A stretch of 64,000 bases of DNA from Heptranchias perlo. Lineage: Eukaryota. The notes beneath the pieces were generated by a model. The model did not search any database and was not told the DNA's origin. It saw only the letters and a list, made by a program, of their open reading frames with translations. Shown piece after piece: positions 1-13,781 of this stretch. Position 1 is the first letter of the stretch. Each line of letters starts with the position of its first letter. Where the stretch lies: contig NC_090336.1 in the NCBI RefSeq assembly GCF_035084215.1, forward strand, positions 12,462,001 through 12,526,000, given 5' to 3'. Made by a program: the position numbers and the translations under genes.

Positions 1-199
1 TCCTGTGCTGTAAGATTCTATTCTATAATTCTAACAGTTGTGTTAGCAGAATTACTGGTCCTATCTCCTCTTCTCATGCACAAAGTTATGCCCCTTCACT
101 CTATGGTGTGGGAAGAATGTTGAGGCAAAAGAGAGGGTAGAGCATAGTTCACAAGGATGCTGCATATTATGGTGAAATACAAATACAAACAAAGACTTG

Positions 200-600
200 A
201 AAAATTGGGCTGTTTTTGTTAGGAAAGTAAAGGGGTGATTTTAATAGATGTGTTTAAAGTGATGAGAAGTTGGGACAGAGAAGATAGGAACAGACTGTTT
301 CCAGTGGTTGAGGGGTCTAGAGCAAGGGGATATAAGATTAAACCCAAGAAATTTAAGAGAGCAGGAGAAACTTTTTTACACCGAGAGTTGTCTGACTGTA
401 GAATGCACCACCACAGTTAATGATTGCAGCAGAGACTACACCAACATTTAGGAATAGGTTAGATAGGTGGTTGAAGGGAAAGGGAATAAAGGGATATGGG
501 AAAAGAGTGGGCGCATGGGACTAGGACTACTGCTTGTGTGGGGGATAAACACCAACTGGTTGGGCCGAACGGCCTGTTTCTGTGTTATAATTTCTAAATA
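200..600 (+). mobile_element. CR1 LINE 3' fragment
   Basis: LIDVFKVM...LFPVVEGSRARGYK ORF2 C-terminal motif and ggccgaacggcctgtttctgtg tail. Confidence 0.75.
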
Positions 601-2387
601 AAACTGTGTTCGACCACTACTGCAAGAGGCCCTAATGCAAGACACTGCTTGATTGGAACGAGGTCTCTCAACACATCATAACACTGGTTTACAGGAAGCC
701 AACTATCCTTCCTCTCATGAGGAACAGACTAGTCTGATCAACTGGCAAGCAGCTGGCAGCTTCAGACCTTTCTCTGTGATAAGTGTTGCCAATACATAGG
801 TTGAAAAGTCACACCTGCAACTTTAATATCAAGCTGCTGAAAAACGGGTCACCTGCGTCAGTGCCCCTTTCTCACTTTCGAAGGTCATATAAACTCGGAC
901 AAATGTAAGATGTAGAAATATCCTCTTGCTTTTGGTAAATACAACTTTTCATTCGGGTTGTGCGATGAAAACCAACAGCACATCTGTTTCTAAAGATTGA
1001 TCTGTGCCCACTCCACCTTCAAATTACGTCTGAGCTAATCCACATATTAAATGCCATTAGTCCAGGTACCGAGCATTTCCAAATCCTTTTGAATAAGGTC
1101 TGTCTGCGCTGCACACTTCACCATCCCACAGTTTTGCGTCACTAACATGTTTAAAAATTCTGCTTTCATTTCCCCTTATCTGGTTTGTCACAGATAGGCC
1201 AGGATCAGATCCCTATGGAAAGCACTAATCACTGTACCATGGCTCAATACTTATACAAAATTAGGTTATTTCTAATTATGGAACCAGTTTGAAATCCACT
1301 TCAGTGCTTCTGCCTTTTCCAGCTAAGAAACTAACTGATCTAGAAATAGATTCATAATGTGCAGATCTGCAGTCAAAGATGGTTGTTTTATCCCGCAGCA
1401 CAGATTAGAGCAACAAGTCACTTTGGTAAAATAATGTGACCAATTTTGCTCTTATTGGAGGAAGAGTTTCTCATAATCCCTATCTACAGTAGAGAATTTT
1501 AGTTACGTGAGCCCCCAGTTTGTCAGTCAGACTATTTCAACAGCTGTTAGAGGAAAGTTACCCATAATCTTTCCCAAATCCCTGGTAGTAAACTAAGCCA
1601 CTGTGTATGCTTTGGCTGCTCACCGGAAGAAACGCTGGGTGGCTAGACAACGGAACTGTAAAAAAGGTGCACAGTACCTTCTAAACCACCCGTAGAAACT
1701 CCGAGGATCTTGCACACAGATCAAGCTGTTGAAGTCTGCATCAACAGATCCTTCAATCAGAGCCAAACCATTAACTATCCAGCCACTCTAAAAAAAAAAA
1801 TAAGTGGTGCCCTTGTCATCAGAAAGAGACTGGAGCCCGAATCACTGCCCGCGTCCAATGTGTCACAGCCTTACAACTGACACCAGCCGGACTCTTTAGC
1901 TCTTTGCACCAACGCGTATGATGCTCATCGAGAATGCCTGACCACTTTTACAATGTGCAAGGTGCTGAGACTCACCAATACTGCCCTTGTATCTGGAGAT
2001 CCTCAATTGCAGTGCTCTTGGTCAATATAGGGGTGATCAGAACTGATCTAACGCCCTGTACAGAAGAGTAGGACTGTGATTTCCCACCCACCCCACCCGA
2101 CGGTTTTTTGATCTCACCCAGACATTTTGTGCATGTTCCCTCTGACCAGAAGGGAAGGGGAAAAAAAGGGCGGCACCCCAGGCCACTTTCATACACCTCA
2201 ACACCTGGATCTAGAGTGGGTTGAGGACTGGAGCATGTAAAAGATCGGGGGGGGGGGGGGGGCGGGGGATAAAACAAAACACTAACTTTTGACACCCTTT
2301 TATGGAGGGACCAGGCACACACACAATACGCTAAAGTACTTCTAGTAATTACCAAGTGCAATGTGATTTGTACAGCGGCCCACTCAC

Positions 2388-2465
2388 CAGCATTGTATCT
2401 ATCCAGTACTTCCTTTACCAGGTACATGTTGGCCGACCTGCGGAATATCCCTTCTTTGTTCAGAC
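2388..2465 (-). CDS. ARHGAP1: ARHGAP1 coding exon 9 (RhoGAP arginine finger); gene continues beyond the window's left edge
   Basis: 78 nt: GLNKEGIFRRSANMYLVKEVLDRYNAG, containing the EGIFRRSA catalytic motif; acceptor ctcag, donor gtgagt. No further RhoGAP exon recognised in 1-2387. Confidence 0.95.
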
Positions 2466-3716
2466 CTGAGGGCGGGCAGACAGCATGTCATCAAGTAGCA
2501 CCGACAGAACAAACATTTTAACCCTTTCAGGGCTGGCTTTCCAGCGGACAATGATGCTGGTGATTCACCTTTATCCTGGGCCACCCAATAAACAACCTAG
2601 CCAGCAGTTTAATAGAATCTGCTATATTGCATTTAGTATTGTGGGAAAATTTTAAGGGGATTTTTTTTTTTTTGAATTATGGAATAAATGTTCTTAAGGC
2701 TACAATTAGGATTCAATGACTCTGTATAGACATAACATTAACATGAATTAGAATTCGAGTCCCTCAGCAGTTTAACTGGTTAAAGCAGGGAATAGCTGTG
2801 CGATGCGAACCAGCCGGTCACAGGTTCAATCACCACTGCCCTCAGTTGGCTAATCCAAGCCCAAAGTATAACTGGCTTCAGTTCCCCTGGGTTAGGAAGA
2901 GAGGGAAAAAAAAAAAAAATCAGTCAGGATGCCCATTTCCGATTGCCATCCAGCGATTCCGACTGGACAGGTAGGTGAGTGGACACCACGTGAGGGCTGG
3001 ATCAGGACTATTGAATCGCCCGCTGTCTAGGCTTATGCCACGGCAGAAGGCTCGCTCAGGTGAGGTAATAAAAAGGCGTCTAGCGCCCATGGAACTACAC
3101 CCCAGCAAGGAGTTAACCTTCACGAGAGGGGGGGGGGGGGCAGGGAGAAATCTGCCAGTGAAAGTTGGAGGAGGAAGAAACAGGATGAACACAAGTTACA
3201 GCCAGCTCTAAAGGGAACCCAGAGGTTCCGAAAAGTTAAATCAGAATTTGAGTGCGTATGTGCATTTTTGAGGCTATGAAATTGCTCGAATATCTTCCTT
3301 TGCCATGAACCATCGAGTGCCGAGATGGTAGCTGAGGCTTAACGGGTTCCATCCAGTGAGTAGGTGAGCCGCACAGACCAGGAAGGTGCCAGGTTCAATT
3401 ACTGATTGCGCTGAGCTGGCTGCTCTCAACTGGCCCCAATTGCTGGAGGAATGTGTCTGTGGGGAGGGCTGGATCGGGCTCAGCTGCAACAGCCCACCCT
3501 CCCATGGTCAAATAGCCTGTTGCCACTCACTGCCACACAAATAGCAGCAACTTGGGCCAGGTAATAGAGGGCGCCCAGCAGCTGTAGAACTGTATCCCAA
3601 TAAGGAGTCAATGCCTTCAAAAGAGGGGAAAGGAGAAAATTAACAGGAAAAAAATGGATGGAAATATGGATTCAGTCCAGAGTTGGTTCCCTCCGGTTTC
3701 AGTGCGTTTCACTCAC

Positions 3717-3793
3717 CGTACTTCTTGATGTAAGCGACTGACTGTTCCAGTACCAGTGGGATTGTCTTGTTATCGGGGTGCTTTTCTCTGAGC
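3717..3793 (-). CDS. ARHGAP1: ARHGAP1 coding exon 8 (start of RhoGAP domain)
   Basis: 77 nt: LREKHPDNKTIPLVLEQSVAYIKKY; acceptor cttcag, donor gtgagt. Confidence 0.93.
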
Positions 3794-4427
3794 CTGAAGC
3801 AAACAAAAGGTTGAAGTCAAACATCATTAAATATGGGAATTAGACTCCTACACAATGGAGGTACTGGATACTGCACACAGAGAGAGCTGAGAAGAGAGAG
3901 GTGCCTCTGTAGTTGGCAAACACTCAGGCTGAAATGCACTGCCTCGTCTACGGAGGAATGTTAATGTTCTCCTTAAGCAGGGAGTCCACACTGTACACAT
4001 AAAACAACTCTTCTCATGGCCTCCCCAAGACACCTCAGCTGTGGAACTCATGGTTTAGGCAATTCTGAGAAAGAAACCGGGTCTCGTGTATGTTGAGTAA
4101 GTTGGGGGGGGGGGGGGGGGGGGAGGTCAAATGAATCAATCAGGTCCTAATCTCTATCCAGCAATGCTGCTGGACACTGCATGCATCAAACAAAAAACAG
4201 GATTGGGCCTGTTGCCAACACACACTGAGTTAACCCATGGAGAATGGGGACCTGGGCCAGGTACCTGGGGGGCTGCTGCCATCCGTGGAACCTTAACTCA
4301 GGAAGGAGTCAATGCCTCCAGAAGAGGACGGGAGAAATGGGGGCGGGGGGGGGGGGGGGGGAACTAGATAGAAGAAACATCGCTTACCATCAGGGAACCA
4401 ACACCAATAATCTTGGGAATTACTTAC

Positions 4428-4520
4428 ATTTGAAGGCTGATTCCAAACTGTTGGTGAGGCAGCTGCTTTTTGGGTACCAATGGTGTGGGTTTCTGTGCCG
4501 CCTGGAGACTGTCATCAAAC
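4428..4520 (-). CDS. ARHGAP1: ARHGAP1 coding exon 7 (Pro-rich linker)
   Basis: 93 nt: FDDSLQAAQKPTPLVPKKQLPHQQFGISLQ (cf. human PLPNQQFGVSLQ); acceptor cttttag, donor gtaagt. Confidence 0.93.
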
Positions 4521-5350
4521 CTAAAAGTAAAGATCAACAACAGAAGAGGGATAAGGGCCACTCGGTCACCAGACAGAGCTCTTGCCATAAAGCAATGATG
4601 AAATCACAGCATTAATTCTAACAAGCAGAAGACTTGAGTTTGTATGTTTTCGGGATGTTCTTGGCATGTCCCAAAAGAAGGAAGGTAAAAGGTACAGTCA
4701 TCTGGTAAATAACCAGGCCGTTCGCTCTTAGTTCCCAGGAGCCAGTTACAAAACAACGCTGGTATCGGGCTGGGAACAAGTCACTGTTCACCCACTTAGG
4801 TCAGGCAATGGGGCTGAGATCGGAAATGTGGAGGGAGGCAGAAGGGAAAGGACAAAAAAAGTATTTCTTTGTTCCAAATTTCACAATGAAAGGTGAAGGG
4901 TGGGAGTTTACGTGGTGTTTGTCGTGATTCAGCAAGGTTTAGACTGGGGTGGGGGGGGGGGGGGGGAGGGGGTTACACCTCGAATGGGAGACAAAATACG
5001 AGGCTGATAGATACAACCCTAATCCCATCCAGTCTTTTAGTCCACAGCATCAGTTTGGACAGAGTGGGCAGCACCTGCTTGTCTGTTCTTACTTAAATGG
5101 GTCTTCCCCAGCCCTGCCATCAGCACTCACCACATATTATATTTATACAACAGAAAACAAAGGTCACAACAAATAACAATGTTATTTTTGAGAACTTATC
5201 AAACAAGAATTTTTTAAAAATTAAACTCCCCCTAAAAGAAAACGACAAGATCGCTTCATTCTGCCAAACTGGGTCCAGCACAAATCTTACCATCACCTGA
5301 AAATGACCAACAGAACCTCTCACCCAAAGACATTATTTGTAAAGACCTAC

Positions 5351-5449
5351 TTTTTCACACATGATGGGATCACCATTCGCTCACACTTCAAGTACTGTTC
5401 AAGTTCACCCAAATGATTCACGTACAAGATTTTCCGGCCAAACTTCATG
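5351..5449 (-). CDS. ARHGAP1: ARHGAP1 coding exon 6
   Basis: 99 nt: SMKFGRKILYVNHLGELEQYLKCERMVIPSCVKK; acceptor ttctag, donor gtaggt. Confidence 0.94.
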
Positions 5450-6098
5450 CTAGAATTAGGGGTGGGATGGAGAAAAATAAAATGGAAACAGAAGACGCAC
5501 AAGTGAGATGGCTGCATTGTTTTCCAAATCTCTCCACACACAGGTTACATATTAGTTACCAATTTGACTCACCTTGTTGCAAGTGACTGCCTGTATTTTG
5601 TGAAATACGAGATGGGGGAGGAATCAGGGGTTCGGAGTGACTGCCTCAATGGCTCAGTGGGTAAATGCCCCACATAACATGGCTCCCAGCCATGCAGTCC
5701 AGGAAATTCAATCACTGTCCTTTGTTACCTTGCCCAGTGGCCTGTGCATGAGCGTGGGCGAGAGCGAACGCGTGGGGGAGAGCGAATGCGTGCGCATATG
5801 GAGGCAGGCTATTCAACCATGAAGTGGATAAGGAGGATCATTACAGCCAAGTTCAATCCTGATATTTACATTCATGCACTTTCCAGCAGTTATCACTGGA
5901 CAGCAATCAGGATTAGGAACTTGACTAATCTTCCCCTTTCTACCTATAGTGTCCCCACTGCTGCCTATGACAACATAGACCAGCTTTAGAGAAACCGTGG
6001 CAGGAAAGCAAGATATTAACAGCAATCTTCACAATGCAAGAAATTCATTTGTATATATCTTTTATTCAGAATGAACTGATCACTGGCTATGGACCTAC

Positions 6099-6185
6099 CT
6101 GATTATGGGTTTGAAGACAACGAGGAGCGCCTTGATGAACCTGGTAGGGTGGACGATGTACAGAGCCTTTATGTTCTTCTTGTAC
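6099..6185 (-). CDS. ARHGAP1: ARHGAP1 coding exon 5 (BCH domain)
   Basis: 87 nt: [28 protein letters not shown]; acceptor cacag, donor gtaggt. Confidence 0.96.
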
Positions 6186-7614
6186 CTGTGTGGAGGGAAA
6201 CAGACCAGGTTACCAAGCACAATTCACCAACTGCTCTTTTCAGGATACTGATTTTACAGAGAAAGACTCATAGCTTTAACAGTTCATCCCTCGAGACTAA
6301 AGCTGAACATGGGCAATCATGCTGGTCCTCACCGTGCTGGGGAGTGACAGATGAAAGATTCCGAAGATCCAACAGACTGCTAATGACAGGGCTAGAGTTT
6401 CCCTTACTGTTAATGATGGGGAACAGACATAGCTCTCCCAGAGGGAAGCTGAGTTAAATACTGTTCACTAGAGGAACCACTGCCTAGAATTCATTTGGAA
6501 CATGTCAGGCACCCTCAGTTTACACTTGGATACCCTGGTATTTAGTGAGCCAAACTAAATTCTGTTTAATATCTGCCACGTGTCCATGCATATAAGGCAA
6601 GTGTGTCGAACCATGACCCACAGGCCATGACCAGTCCACCAGCTCCTTTCACCTGGCTGTGATGCCCTTGTCAGTTCTTTTGAGCATAGCTGATTGAGAC
6701 TTCACCTCAGCTTCAGCCCTTTAAAACTTCCTGGGAAAGGACACTCCTGGATTGGTGCCTTCAGACCAGCTAGGAAGCAGCCTTTGTTGCACCAATCAGC
6801 TTATGCTAGTCCTCGAAAGCTGGGAAGTTTGGAGAGCTGAGGCTGAAGCTTCCAAGGTTTCAAACGTGACTGGGGAGGGCGGGGGGGGTGGTGAGGAGAG
6901 GTGTGGGTATGAGTTTGAGTGTATGCGGGAGGTCTTCTAATTTTGGGTATGGACGGGGTGGTCTCACACTCTTCAGGTAGGTGGGGTCACAGTCACATTT
7001 CTGAGTAATGATATGCAGACCATTCACTGGTTCTGAGACCCATCCCTGCTATAAAGCATCAGGATACACAAGGCAGTGGTTCCAAACAATCGAGACCTGG
7101 GGTAAAAACAACACCCAGCCATTTTTCACAGCTCCTGGTGTATATTTTTATTCAATCCCCACCCCCTCCCCCAACACTTCCTTCCTCTCCTGAAGATATT
7201 CAGTACCATTCCACAGACACACTCTGGTACCTCGCCCAAGTGACCATTGTTCACGTATGAGTCTTGACAATGAGCGTCAGACAACTACCGTGACCCTGAG
7301 AGACATCTCAACTGAGCTCAATCCACACCCACATTTTTCACAAGGGGTTACCTGATAGCTAGGAGCAGGACTCCTGACCAAATTTCCCCTCCCTAACCCA
7401 GAGACTGAGATCCATTACAGCATTCTACGGAGAATAGCTAAAGCAACACAGACTAAGAATTAAACCTTGGACTATCTGATCTGTTTGCCTCAGTCACACA
7501 GTCTTTAACAGCAGAGCATGCCAAGTCAATTTAAGACTCAGAATCTAGCATTGTTCAGTGCTATACAGTAATTTTAGGGCAGGGCAGAGGCAGAACTCCT
7601 ATAAAGTTTTAGAT

Positions 7615-7890
7615 AGGCTCAGTGGTATCACTCTTGATCGAGTCAAAAGGTCATGGGCTCAAGCCCCACTCTAGTGCTTAAGCACATAATCTGAGCCGAC
7701 ACTTCAGTGCAGTATTGAGGGAGTGCTGCACTGTCAGAAGTGCTGCCCTTCAAGGTGAGATGTTAAAATAAGGCACTGCCTGCTTGTTCAGGTGGATATA
7801 AAAGATCCCAAAGCACTTCTCGAAGAGGACTGGGTGTTCAGCACAATTGGCTGCCACGTTTACCCAGATAACAGTAACTCAATTAATTGA
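7615..7890 (+). mobile_element. Deu-domain SINE, internally deleted copy
   Basis: Same head and central domain as 24733-25140. Confidence 0.7.
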
Positions 7891-8316
7891 TAACCACCTG
7901 CTCTCATATTGAGGACATAAAGATGCTAAGATATCAGCAAACCGCTTCAGCTTTGTCCTCACATTGTTGCTAGATTGTGGTACTTCAGCCGACACACCAT
8001 ATCGTATGAAGTAACTGGGGCTTACAGGCAACACCAGGACATGGTGTTTTGATTACCATTTTCGTAGGCACTGTCTCCAATCCTACATTCTTGGATTTGG
8101 CTTGTATCATTTCCCCCCATCATGAGACATGTGTTCTCATAAGCACAACTGGAAGACATGTCTAATTAAATCCAAGTATTCGTGAACACTCAATGTATAC
8201 GTACTTCTGTGTTACATTATGATTTGCTGCTGCATTGTACTGTAGAGCAGAATAGGAGAACCAAGCTCTTTTGATTGAAATGTATAAAAGCCTATCTAAG
8301 GATCAGCCACACTTAC

Positions 8317-8448
8317 TTCCTGTCAAACTCCCTGTAGGCTTCTCGTAACCAATTGAACGAAGGTTTGTTCTGACTGGTGAGTCCGTAGTGAAAGTACACA
8401 ACCGAGTAGTCGCTCTCTACGTACTTGTCCAGCGTGTGCTTCAGGTAT
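8317..8448 (-). CDS. ARHGAP1: ARHGAP1 coding exon 4 (BCH domain)
   Basis: 132 nt: [44 protein letters not shown]; acceptor caccag, donor gtaagt. Confidence 0.96.
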
Positions 8449-8689
8449 CTGGTGATGGGGACAAAGAAACAAACTCAGGACTGCTCAAAGCCCGGTGATT
8501 AATTAACACGCATTAACTACGCAATTCAACTGAAGATTCAGATGGAAACAAAATACAATGGGTCAGACACTGGCTGTTCATCTCCAGCCTCTTGATTGAA
8601 ATACAGCCCAGATTGCTGGATGAAAGTCTCATCATCTGCTGGCTGTAAGGGTCCTACATGAAATGATTTTGGGCTGTTTCAAGTAGCAT

Positions 8690-9658
8690 GGTTCTAAATT
8701 TTCCAAAATTCTCTGGACTCGGCAAAGGTCCCGGCAGATTGGAAAACTGCTAATGTAACACCCTTATTTAAAAAGGGTAGTAGGCAGAAGGCTGGAAATT
8801 ATAGACCAGTTGGCCGAACATCTGTGGTGGGTAAAATTTTGGAGTCTATTATTAAGGAGACAGTAGCGGAACATTTGGATAAACATAATTTAATAGGACA
8901 AAGTCAGCATGGCTTTACGAAGGGGAAGTCATGTCTGACAAATTTGCTTGAGTTCTTTGAGGACATAACGTACAGGGTGGATAAAGGGGAACCAGTGGAC
9001 GTAGTGTATTTAGACTTCCAGAAGGCATTCGACAAGGTGCCACATAAAAGATTATTGCTTGCTCTCTGATTTTTCCTGCCAAAGTTCATAACCTCACATT
9101 TTCCAATATTGTATTGCATCTGCCAAATCTCCACCCACTCACCCAGCCTGTCTATATTTGCTCTCTAGGCAGTACAAAGAAGGTTCACTCGGGGATGAGG
9201 GGGCGGACATATGAGGAGAGGTTGAGCAGATTGGGACTCTACTCATTGGAGTTCAGAAGAATGAGAGGCGATCTTATTGAAACATATAAGATTGTGAAGG
9301 GGCTTGATCGGGTGGATGCGGTAAGGATGTTCCCAAGGATGGGTGAAACTAGAACTAGGAGGCATAATCTTAGAATAAGGGGCTGCTCTTTCAAAACTGA
9401 GATGAGGAGAAACTTCTTCACTCAGAGGGTGGTAGGTCTGTGGAATTTGCTGCCCCAGGAAGCTGTGGAAGCTACATCATTAAATAAATTTAAAACAGAA
9501 ATAGACAGTTTCCTAGAAGTAAAGGGAATTAGGGCAGGAAATTGGACATGAATTTAGATTTGAGGTTAGGATCAGATCAGCCATGATCTTATTAAATGGC
9601 GGAGCAGGCTCGAGGGGCCGATTGGCCTACTCCTGCTCCTATTTCTTATGTTCTTATG
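8690..9658 (+). mobile_element. 5'-truncated CR1 LINE with an internally inverted segment
   Basis: RT motifs QHGFTKGKSCLTNLLEFFE and YLDFQKAFDKVPH; minus-strand WQMQYNIGKCEVM piece at ~9058-9158; RGDLIETYKI C-terminus and ttcttatg tail. Confidence 0.9.
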
Positions 9659-10084
9659 TACTGCCTCTAATTCTTAATTAGCACCAAACTGGCAACCCGA
9701 GAGAGGCCACAGGATGGCTGGTGTGGGAAGTAGCAAGAAGCTCCCTGCTATACCAGCGGAACAACTTTTCTAAAGTTAGGACTGAGGCACATTGTTGGGT
9801 CAGAGTAGAGAGCATCTAACTGTTATAACTGACCCAGAGAGTGCTTAATGTTGACAATGGACACCCAAAATGGAGTCTTCTATTCCCCCAGTATTATTAC
9901 CATTCAGATAAGAAGAAAGTACGGCAAGAGGCAACAATATTCAAGAGCAGATTGCGGACATCTGAATTCAAACCTGCGACTCGCGCTTCTTCTTAAATAA
10001 TGGAGATGAAGGTGGTGACGATGAGGCGATGATAACGAGGCAGACTCACAGGACCAAGCAGTCTATGACACACTTGGATTAACC

Positions 10085-10398
10085 CTCACAGCATCCGGGA
10101 TCCCTGTGCTCCTCCAATTCTGGCCTCTTGTGCATCCCCGATTTCCTTCGCTCCACCATTGGCGGCCGTGCCTTCAGCTGCCTTGGCCCTCAGCTCTGGA
10201 ATTCCCTCCCCAAAACCTCTCCACCTCTCTCTCTCCTCTTAAGTTACTCCTTAAAACCTACCTCTTTGACAAAGCTTTTGGCCACCTGTCCTAATATCTC
10301 TATGTGGCTCAGTGTCAATTTTTGTCTGATTACGCTCCTGTGAAGCGACTTGGAACGTTTTACTACATTAAAGGCGCTATATAAATGCAAGTTGTTGT
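10085..10398 (+). mobile_element. L2-clade LINE 3' fragment
   Basis: STIGGRAFSCLGPQLWNSLP ORF2 end; tail aaaggcgctatataaatgcaagttgttg. Confidence 0.8.
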
Positions 10399-11774
10399 CA
10401 AACAATGCACACGGAAAGTGGTGCTTACCTTTGTGAATGAAAGATGGTGAGTGCAGAAGCGCACACACCCGCACCACCACCGCCCGCCCCTACCCCCCCA
10501 CTGAAACATTTTGGGGATTCTGACTCATCCTGTATCAACTACCTGCCGGGATTTTATTCACTCCAGAGAGAATTCTCAAATGAAATCCAACCCCCCACCC
10601 AAAAATAATCAGATGACCAGCAAGGAATCAGGGGCCCCAACTGGGAGGAAACTAGCCATTCACTCTGGTTCAACTCAGTGTCTCAAACTCCGTCACTGAT
10701 TCTCTGAAGCAGTGGATCACTGGGCAGGACGGCACAAACATATCAAATCCACCACTTACCCACAAGTTTCATTTTGTGATGGTGTCAATTTTGTAAAGCT
10801 GCCGACTCTTCTGTCCCCACTGCCTCACAGACTTTCTCCTCTGCTGACTGATGACGCGGTACAGTTCCACAGGCACTAGTCACCCTCACTCAAGCAGCCA
10901 TATTCCATGGGTGAACCCAAGGCTGGTGAGCTGTTCGTCCATGGGAGCATCACAGCCCAAACTACCCAATGTCCATACACACGCACACACTTGAGTGGAC
11001 AGCAGTGAGCAGCAGGAACCCTGTCGAGATTTTTCACCTTCCAGGGGCACCAAAGCCAATGACTACTCCTCCAGCTACATTTGTTAACGTAACTGATCTT
11101 GTGCTAGTTTTATGTTAAATTATTGGGTGGTTGCAGTTGAGGCCCATTTTGAAGCTTCTTCAACAGTGAGTTTCATTAAGGTTGAAACTGACCTCTGAAA
11201 AATTCTACTTGCCTTTCCATTAATTCTCCATCTTAATCCAACCCAATCTCTCTCAAAAGGCCCGGTCAGTGACCTGCACTAATTCAACTTTACAAGACTG
11301 CGTTGTTCTGCCTGGATGAAGAACGCTGTACCTCTGTTAGGTGCTGCTGCCCGACAGACCAGCCCAGCTCTGGCCTCAGTGTATGTGTACATAGTGTGTA
11401 CAGAGCCACCCATAGGTGAAGGGGTGTGTGTGTGTGTACACGCAAGGTGGATTAGCTCACTATTCATCCAAGAACAGTCTCCATTTTCTAACGGTCATAT
11501 CGCCATATCATTTGCACGTTGAGATTGGAGAAATGGTCAAGTGGAAGATACAGTAACAAGCAAACCCTGCACTGTCTCCACCCTCAGATCCTAATTTTGA
11601 TACTTGGCTGTCAAACTGCACCCATATCCTCCAACAAATTAGGGAGTGGTAGGGGTGGAGGGGGGAGGGAGAGAGGAAGAGGCCACAACGCATTCTGAAG
11701 GATCACTCAATCTGCCCCTTAGGAAGTGGAGTTTTACGAGAGTAACTAACACCGCATGTCTTTTGGAGACTCAC

Positions 11775-11862
11775 TGAAGCAGTTTTGTGTGGTCCAACTG
11801 GTGACTGGGAGGCATCCGACAGGCATTAAACACGATCACCTTCCTGCCAAAGTTATCATCCC
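11775..11862 (-). CDS. ARHGAP1: ARHGAP1 coding exon 3 (BCH/CRAL-TRIO domain)
   Basis: 88 nt: [29 protein letters not shown]; acceptor cctacag, donor gtgagt. Confidence 0.96.
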
Positions 11863-13781
11863 CTGTAGGAACAGATGTGAGGGGTCAGTTCGTGTAAAGC
11901 AATCTAGGGCTCTCCTCAGTAAACCAATCAGAGCTGAGGCACCAGGCCCTCCCACAGGAAACAGGATCTTCAGAAATCACACATAAAAGCAGAAAATGCA
12001 GGAAATAAGCAGCTCTATAATCGGTAGCTTTCCATTTTATCTCACATTTAAAAATCATCATGACTCAGTTAATCGACAACGGTCTCAAAAGCAAAAAACA
12101 TGCTTATTTGGGCACAGCCGACTCTCAACAAACCCCTCCACGCCCCAGTATCCTGACTACACCCATGTGTTGTGATCCCCTCCTAACCCAGATATCCCAT
12201 GGCCACTCCAGCACTGACGCTGCTACTCCACCTTCCATACCTTATGAGGTATTAACACAGAGCTCACTGCAGCCAACGGCACTGGCTTGCTTGAAGGAAA
12301 CACCGCACAGGAACAACTTAAAATTATTGAGTGGGAAGGAAAAAAACCCATCTCTAGATGGTTTTAGCAAATATGCGGAACTCGCTACCAAAAGGAGTAG
12401 TTGAGGTGAATAGCATAGGTGCATTTAAGGGGAAGCAAGATAAACACATGAGGGAGAAAGGAATAGACGGTTATACTGATAAAGTGAGCTAAAGTAGGAT
12501 GGGAGGAGGTTCGTGTGGAGCATCAACACTGGTATAGACCGGTTGGGCTGAATGGCCTGGTTCTGTGCTGTACATTCTATGTAATTTTACTTAAATAGTT
12601 GAAAATGTTTTTTATTTCCCCCCTACAATCTGAAGGGGAAGCTCCAATCCAAAACAAGTTCAGGATGCGGGAGGCTGACATGTTACAAACATTCAACAAA
12701 TTACCGATCAGTTCCACAACACTTCCTCAATGAAAGAAGCAATGTTCCCAGACCTTTGAAAAATGCAAAGCCTTTTGAATCCAGTGGCTCTCGTGGTGCA
12801 GTGGAGCGCTGTGAAGCTCAGAAGGAGAACAGCCCTCCCGCAGACCCAACGCACTGAACCATGCAGGTCAATGGCTCAGCCTACACTTCATCACATGGTG
12901 AAAAGTGGGGTGCGTCTCAATGAGAAGACAATGTGCACGCCACATCGGGCACACAGAAACTCTGCTCGTGTAGATTTCTCAACAACTTGGTAGAGGGAGC
13001 CTTTAGCCTAGTGGTAGCATTCCCTTCTCTGAGTCAGAAGGTGCAGGGTTCAAACCCCACTCCAGATAGTCCCGACAAGTGGAGACTCTACAAATTCCAG
13101 CTCTGAATTCTGGGTGACAACCAGCGGGGATACGGTCATCTGGCGGGTGTGGGTGTCCCACCCTCCCTCATCATATGGGTTGTTGCAGTCCCTAAAACCC
13201 TCCCGCCCATATAGGACTAACCGCCGATATAAAGATGGTCGAGGAAGTAGCTTTCACGTCTGTTAATCAGTCTCCGAATCCTTCCACTTTTCTCCCAGGG
13301 GAAGAGCACGAAGACATGGAAACAACAACTACAGCTTGGTTAGGAGACTCAAACACGGTGATGGGTTTCTGCCCGCGTCAGACACCCGGCTAAACAAATC
13401 AATATTTGGAGGGTGGTGACGGGCTCCCTTGGATTAGCTGCAAGAATCAGGATTTTCACATCCCAACTCCCGTGTGCACTCGGGGACAGAATGGAACACT
13501 AGCACAGAAAGAGATCCTGATCTCTTAGAGAGAAGACACAGATCATTTTAAAAATATCTTTTTCACAGTTCATGCTGCAATCGGTAGAGGCACTCACAGA
13601 AAACAATAATACTTCATTTTAATACCACGGACCCGACAGGCACAAAGAGTTACATCAAAATGGGAGTATTCCTCCTCCTTGCCCCCTTCCTCCCAGGGAT
13701 AAGGACGTACACCTATATTTCTATTCTGAGCATCAACAAGTTGATAGTATTTACAGTTTAGAACTATTTTATGGAACCCAC

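Noticed and set aside
1976-2055. Possible next ARHGAP1 exon (AG...gtgagt on the minus strand)
   Set aside because: 80 nt, immediate TAG in the required frame and no RhoGAP similarity. At most a cryptic or poison exon.
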